59,623 nt of DNA from the NCBI GenBank assembly GCA_031549985.1, contig JAVBOZ010000106.1:1-59623 (forward strand). The letters run 5' to 3'. Below are positions 55,638 through 59,623 of the stretch, piece by piece (the stretch's first letter is position 1; the number at the start of each line of letters is the position of its first letter). The DNA is from Oscillospiraceae bacterium. GTDB lineage: Bacteria; Bacillota; Clostridia; Oscillospirales; Acutalibacteraceae. Made by a program: the position numbers and the translations under genes. A model generated the notes under the pieces. It made no database searches, was not told the origin of the DNA, and saw nothing but the letters and a program-made list of their open reading frames with translations.

Positions 55638-56725
55638 ATCGCCTCCGCCACAGCGTCGCCTATGGCCGCCGTGCCGCACTTTTCGCAGTCGGGTTGCCAT
55701 ATATCCGGGGTGCGTTTTATTTTCAGCACTTCGTTGACGGCGTCCTCAATCGCGTCGGCGGCCTCGGCCTCGCCGAGCGTATGGCGCAGGAGCATCGCCC
55801 CCGAAAGGATTGTCGCCAGCGGATTGGCGATGCCCTGACCGGCAATATCGGGCGCGGAGCCGTGGATGGGTTCATAAAGGCCAAACCTTGCCTGGCCGGA
55901 TTTCGCTTCGCCCAGGCTGGCCGAGGCCAGCATTCCGATGGAACCACTGAGCATCGACGCCTCGTCCGAAAGAATATCGCCAAACAGGTTGGAGGTAACA
56001 ATCACGTCAAACTGACCGGGGTTGCGCACCAATTGCATGGCGCAGTTATCCACATACATGTGGCTCAGCGCAACTTCGGGATATTCCGCCGCAAGGCGCG
56101 CCACCGTTTCGCGCCAGAGCCGCGAGCTTTCAAGCACATTGGCCTTATCAACACTGCAAAGCTTGCCCGCCCGTTGCCGCGCCATCGAAAAACCGACGCG
56201 GGCGATGCGCTCAATTTCCGGCTCAGTATAGCTCTCGGTATCATAGGCCGCCGGAACACCTTCCTGCGTACGGCGACCGCGCTCACCGAAGTAAATGCCG
56301 CCCGTCAATTCGCGCACGACGAGAATGTCAAGGCCCGGGCCGATGATATCCTCGCGGATCGGCGAAGCGCCGCGCAGCGGGGCAAATATCTTGGCCGGGC
56401 GAAGGTTGGCGAACAACCCCAACGCGGCGCGGATGCCCAGCAGCCCCGCTTCGGGGCGCAAGTGGCCGGGCAGCGTATCCCACTTCCCGCCGCCGACAGC
56501 GCCCAGCAAAACGGCGTCGCTCTGCTTGCAGACGCTTGCAGTCTCCTCCGGCAGCGGAAGGCCCGTGGCGTCGATGGCACAACCGCCCATCAGGCAGGGG
56601 CTATACGCGAAGCCAAAGCCGAAGCGCCTGCCGGCGGCCTCAAGCACCTTCAGGCATTCATCCACAATTTCGGGGCCGATGCCATCGCCTTTGATGACGG
56701 CCAAAGAATATGTTTTCACAGGCAA
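55628..56725 (-). CDS. leuB: 3-isopropylmalate dehydrogenase
   Basis: 365 aa with [36 protein letters not shown] and [18 protein letters not shown]. Confidence 0.95.
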   Translation of the reverse strand: MPVKTYSLAVIKGDGIGPEIVDECLKVLEAAGRRFGFGFAYSPCLMGGCAIDATGLPLPEETASVCKQSDAVLLGAVGGGKWDTLPGHLRPEAGLLGIRAALGLFANLRPAKIFAPLRGASPIREDIIGPGLDILVVRELTGGIYFGERGRRTQEGVPAAYDTESYTEPEIERIARVGFSMARQRAGKLCSVDKANVLESSRLWRETVARLAAEYPEVALSHMYVDNCAMQLVRNPGQFDVIVTSNLFGDILSDEASMLSGSIGMLASASLGEAKSGQARFGLYEPIHGSAPDIAGQGIANPLATILSGAMLLRHTLGEAEAADAIEDAVNEVLKIKRTPDIWQPDCEKCGTAAIGDAVAEAIWS

Positions 56726-56759
56726 GTCCTTTCTGCGCGTTGCTCTCGCACTTAAAAAA

Positions 56760-57818
56760 TCAGGAAATAACTTTCAAAAGCCAGTCAAGCACCCGTCGCT
56801 TCCAGGGCTTCTTGGGCTGATCGCAGACAAGCGCCAGGGCGTCCTCCCAGCGCTCTTCAACCAGCGCCTCGCGAAAACCGGGCCTGCCGGAATGATCGGG
56901 CTTCGGGTGGCGAAGCGCACGATGAATCTGCGGAATCGCGCAGCAGCGCAGCATCTCCGCCCGCAACGCATCATCCGAATAGCCGCCTTTTTCGCGGCAG
57001 CTGCAAAGCCAGCTGTAAAGGCAGTTCTTAAGCTCCACGGCGGTATAATATTCGGCGTCGATGGGCATCTGCACCTTGGCGGCCATCGTCGCCTGAGTCT
57101 CGTGAATGGCCAGGCAGTCAGCCAGAAAGCTGGAGATAAAGCGGGAAGAGCCGCCCCCGAACCGATAGGAATAGAGCTTATCCGGCAGGTACACGAGGCG
57201 GTTCACCTGCGGCAGCAACTGAAGGTTGACATAATGGTCTTCCTCAAAAAAAACGATCTTCTTGGGGATTTCGGGCACCTGACGAACCAGCCACAGGGGA
57301 TAAAGCTTGATACACATGGAGCCTGAAAAACCCTGGATTCCAAAATAGGCGGGATACAGTTCCCGCAGAATCTCGTCACGTTCATAGACACGCGCCTGCG
57401 TGATACCCGTATAGGTATCGATGGTCTTGCCCAAAATCCGGCGCGTGTTCTGGAACACTACCATGTCAGCCTGCGCCCGCTCCGCCGCCTGCGTTGTGAT
57501 GCGCAGGGCGTCCGGATGCAGCAAATCGTCGGAATCGAGGAACATGACCCAGTCCGTATCAGCGCTGCCGCCGCGGGCAACGCACTCGGCGATGCCCCGG
57601 TTGCGGGCGGCAAAGTTACCGGCGTTTTCCTGGTGCACCACCGTGACGCGGCTGTCTCTGGCGGCAAAACGGTCGCAAAGCTTCCCCGCGCCGTTGGTGG
57701 AGCCGTCGTCCACAAGCACAAGGCGCCATTGCGCAAGGCTCTGCTTTTGCACGGAACGAATGCAGGCTCTGAGGTAACTGCGCTTTGTGTTATAGATGGG
57801 AACGACAACACTTACCAT
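56760..57818 (-). CDS. GT2-family glycosyltransferase
   Basis: 352 aa with [35 protein letters not shown] and FLDSDD (DxD). Confidence 0.85.
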   Translation of the reverse strand: MVSVVVPIYNTKRSYLRACIRSVQKQSLAQWRLVLVDDGSTNGAGKLCDRFAARDSRVTVVHQENAGNFAARNRGIAECVARGGSADTDWVMFLDSDDLLHPDALRITTQAAERAQADMVVFQNTRRILGKTIDTYTGITQARVYERDEILRELYPAYFGIQGFSGSMCIKLYPLWLVRQVPEIPKKIVFFEEDHYVNLQLLPQVNRLVYLPDKLYSYRFGGGSSRFISSFLADCLAIHETQATMAAKVQMPIDAEYYTAVELKNCLYSWLCSCREKGGYSDDALRAEMLRCCAIPQIHRALRHPKPDHSGRPGFREALVEERWEDALALVCDQPKKPWKRRVLDWLLKVIS

Positions 57819-57882
57819 GGCCTGCCGCCTTTCTCACTTTGTTTCTCTGAATTATACCATCTTTACCGCGAACTTGCAAGCC

Positions 57883-59623
57883 CTAGCCAAAGTAGCGCAC
57901 CGCCGCGCGGAACATCTTGTTGTCCGTTTCGCCCGGCACATTTTTATACAGCCATTCGCCCACGCGTTCGCTGTGGCCCATCTTGCCAAAGACGCGGCCG
58001 TCAGGTGAGGTGATGCCCTCCACCGCCAGCACGGAACCGTTGGGGTTATATTGCACTTGCATCGTAGGATTGCCTTCCAGATCAACATACTGCGTGGCAA
58101 TTTGGCCGTTCGCCGCCAAGCGTTCCAGCAGCGGCGCGGGACAGACAAAGCGGCCTTCGCCGTGGCTGATGGGCACAAGATGCGTCTCGCCCGGCTCGCA
58201 GAGCGCCAACCAGGGCGAAAGCACGCTGGCAACGCGGGTGCGCACAAGCTTGGATTGATGCCGGCCGATGGTGTTAAAGGTCAGCGTCGCGTCCTCCGGG
58301 GTCATGTCGCGGATCTCGCCATAGGGCAGCAGCCCCAGCTTGATCAGCGCCTGGAACCCGTTGCAGATGCCGCCCGCCAGACCGCCGCGCCGGTCAAGCA
58401 AATCGGCGACGGCTTCGCTGAGGCGCGGGTTGCGCAGAAACGCGGTGATGAACTTGCCGGAACCGTCCGGCTCATCGCCGCCGGAAAAGCCGCCCGGCAA
58501 AAAGAGAATCTGCGCCCCCGCCAGTGCCTTTGCCGCCCGCTCCACCGAATCGGCCAGGCCCTGGGCGGTCTTGTTGTTGACGACGAATATCTCGGCCTGC
58601 GCCCCTGCCCGCGTAAATGCGCGCGCGGTGTCATATTCGCAGTTGGTACCCGGGAACACGGGGATAAGGACGCGGGGGGGTGCGGTTCGGACGGCGGGCG
58701 CGGCTTCAGAGCGCATGGTATGACTGAGCGCGGGAACCGGCGTTGTTTCTTCCGGTGTGCGCAGGGGAAATACGCCTTCAAGCTTGTTTTCATAGAGGGT
58801 TTCCAGCTCGCGCAGATCAAGGCCGTCGCAAGTGTATTCGGCAACGGTCTTACCGATTGCAACGCCCAACGGCGCTGCCCCGGGCATAAGCTCGATCAAA
58901 ATATCGCCCGCCATAGGCGTATAGTCTTTGCTGAAGTTTCCTTTCACGCTGCGTTCGACGCCGATCTTGTTGCCCAGCGCCATCTTGAAAATGGCTTCGT
59001 CCACCCCGCCCGCCGTGAGCGCGTGGGCGGCAAGCACCTCTCCTTTTTGAATGGCGGCGCGCAGCGACAAGAAGTTCGCCATAAGGCTTGCGGCGTTTGG
59101 CAGCCCGTTTTCGTCTGCCTGCGGCTGAAGCAGCGCAACCGCACTGCCCGCGCGCTTGAATTCGTTGGAGATGACGTCCCCTGCCCCGCAGAGCGCCACG
59201 GCAAAGCTGACCAGCGTCGGCGGCACGTGCAGGTCTTCGAAGGAACCGCTCATGCTGTCCTTGCCGCCGATGGAGGCAAGGCCCAGGTCCAGCTGCGCCT
59301 GCATCGCACCCAACAGGGCCGCCAAAGGCTTGCCCCAGGTCGCCGGGGATTTCATGCGTTCAAAATATTCCTGGAAGGAAAGGTAGCATTGATCCAGCGC
59401 ACAGCCCGCCGCCGCCAGCTTGGCGACACTCTCAACCACCGCGCAATATGCGCCTTTATAGGGGTCGCGCTCGCTCAGGCAGGGGTCAAAGCCGTAGCTC
59501 ATGACGGAGCATTGATCGGTCTGGCCTTCCGATACCGGGAACTTCGCGGCCATCACCTGCGCGGGGGTCTGTTGATACCGCCCGCCGAAGGGCATGAGCA
59601 CCGTGGCCGCGCCGATGGTGCTG
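57883..59623 (-). CDS. purL: Phosphoribosylformylglycinamidine synthase (single-chain PurL with C-terminal glutamine amidotransferase), 3' portion only
   Basis: The frame is open to the window edge, so the N-terminus lies outside the window. It has an AIR-synthase-like domain followed by the GATase motifs FLPGGFSGGDEPDGSGKF, GICNGFQAL and SHGEGRF. Confidence 0.92.
   Translation of the reverse strand, partial: STIGAATVLMPFGGRYQQTPAQVMAAKFPVSEGQTDQCSVMSYGFDPCLSERDPYKGAYCAVVESVAKLAAAGCALDQCYLSFQEYFERMKSPATWGKPLAALLGAMQAQLDLGLASIGGKDSMSGSFEDLHVPPTLVSFAVALCGAGDVISNEFKRAGSAVALLQPQADENGLPNAASLMANFLSLRAAIQKGEVLAAHALTAGGVDEAIFKMALGNKIGVERSVKGNFSKDYTPMAGDILIELMPGAAPLGVAIGKTVAEYTCDGLDLRELETLYENKLEGVFPLRTPEETTPVPALSHTMRSEAAPAVRTAPPRVLIPVFPGTNCEYDTARAFTRAGAQAEIFVVNNKTAQGLADSVERAAKALAGAQILFLPGGFSGGDEPDGSGKFITAFLRNPRLSEAVADLLDRRGGLAGGICNGFQALIKLGLLPYGEIRDMTPEDATLTFNTIGRHQSKLVRTRVASVLSPWLALCEPGETHLVPISHGEGRFVCPAPLLERLAANGQIATQYVDLEGNPTMQVQYNPNGSVLAVEGITSPDGRVFGKMGHSERVGEWLYKNVPGETDNKMFRAAVRYFG

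Overview
This window is a high-GC (about 60%) Firmicutes/Clostridia-type chromosomal segment. The taxon is an inference from gene content and synteny. Almost all genes lie on the minus strand.

Gene content from left to right:
- The tail of a capsule/exopolysaccharide cluster: a DegT-type aminotransferase, a fused Wzz/CpsD tyrosine kinase and a CpsB phosphatase, co-oriented with rmuC.
- An MFS/GPH sugar transporter.
- A complete kdpDE plus kdpA-kdpB-(small ORF)-kdpC potassium uptake locus.
- A sortase-dependent (SpaA-type) pilus operon: DivIVA-like gene, signal peptidase I, backbone pilin, two sortases, and a 1589-aa tip adhesin with two TQXA thioester-type modules.
- A GNAT gene, a secreted protein of unknown function and an orphan family-5 solute-binding protein.
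- The conserved ylxM-ffh-rpsP-KH-rimM-trmD block.
- An M28 peptidase, then an XRE regulator divergent from a cysteine-rich 61-aa ORF.
- pnuC-like, iscU and nifS.
- An accessory stretch: a membrane protein, a DUF6273-like secreted protein, a lipase-like hydrolase, a YdjC deacetylase and a PHP hydrolase.
- A GH130 mannoside phosphorylase fused in frame to a phosphohexomutase.
- A PLP decarboxylase.
- A GtrB-like GT2, two paralogous polytopic membrane proteins and an acyltransferase (an extracytoplasmic glycan-modification module).
- leuB, another GT2, and the 3' part of purL.

No tRNA, rRNA, CRISPR array, transposase or integrase was seen.

The most interesting unexplained signals are non-coding or very small:
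1. A candidate type I toxin-antitoxin-like module at about 40.78-41.08 kb. It combines a 26-aa hydrophobic peptide with a sequestered SD and a convergent promoter-to-terminator sRNA that overlaps the peptide's 3' end.
2. A repeated promoter-plus-hairpin cassette (78-bp tandem units). It sits directly upstream of kdpD, of the DUF6273-like gene and of the small peptide.
3. A modular family of GTAGGG-anchored hairpin repeats (REP/MITE-like) at eight or more intergenic sites, some joined to 7-nt-phased TTAG/CTAA repeats.

All functional calls rest on motif recognition by eye. No database search was run.
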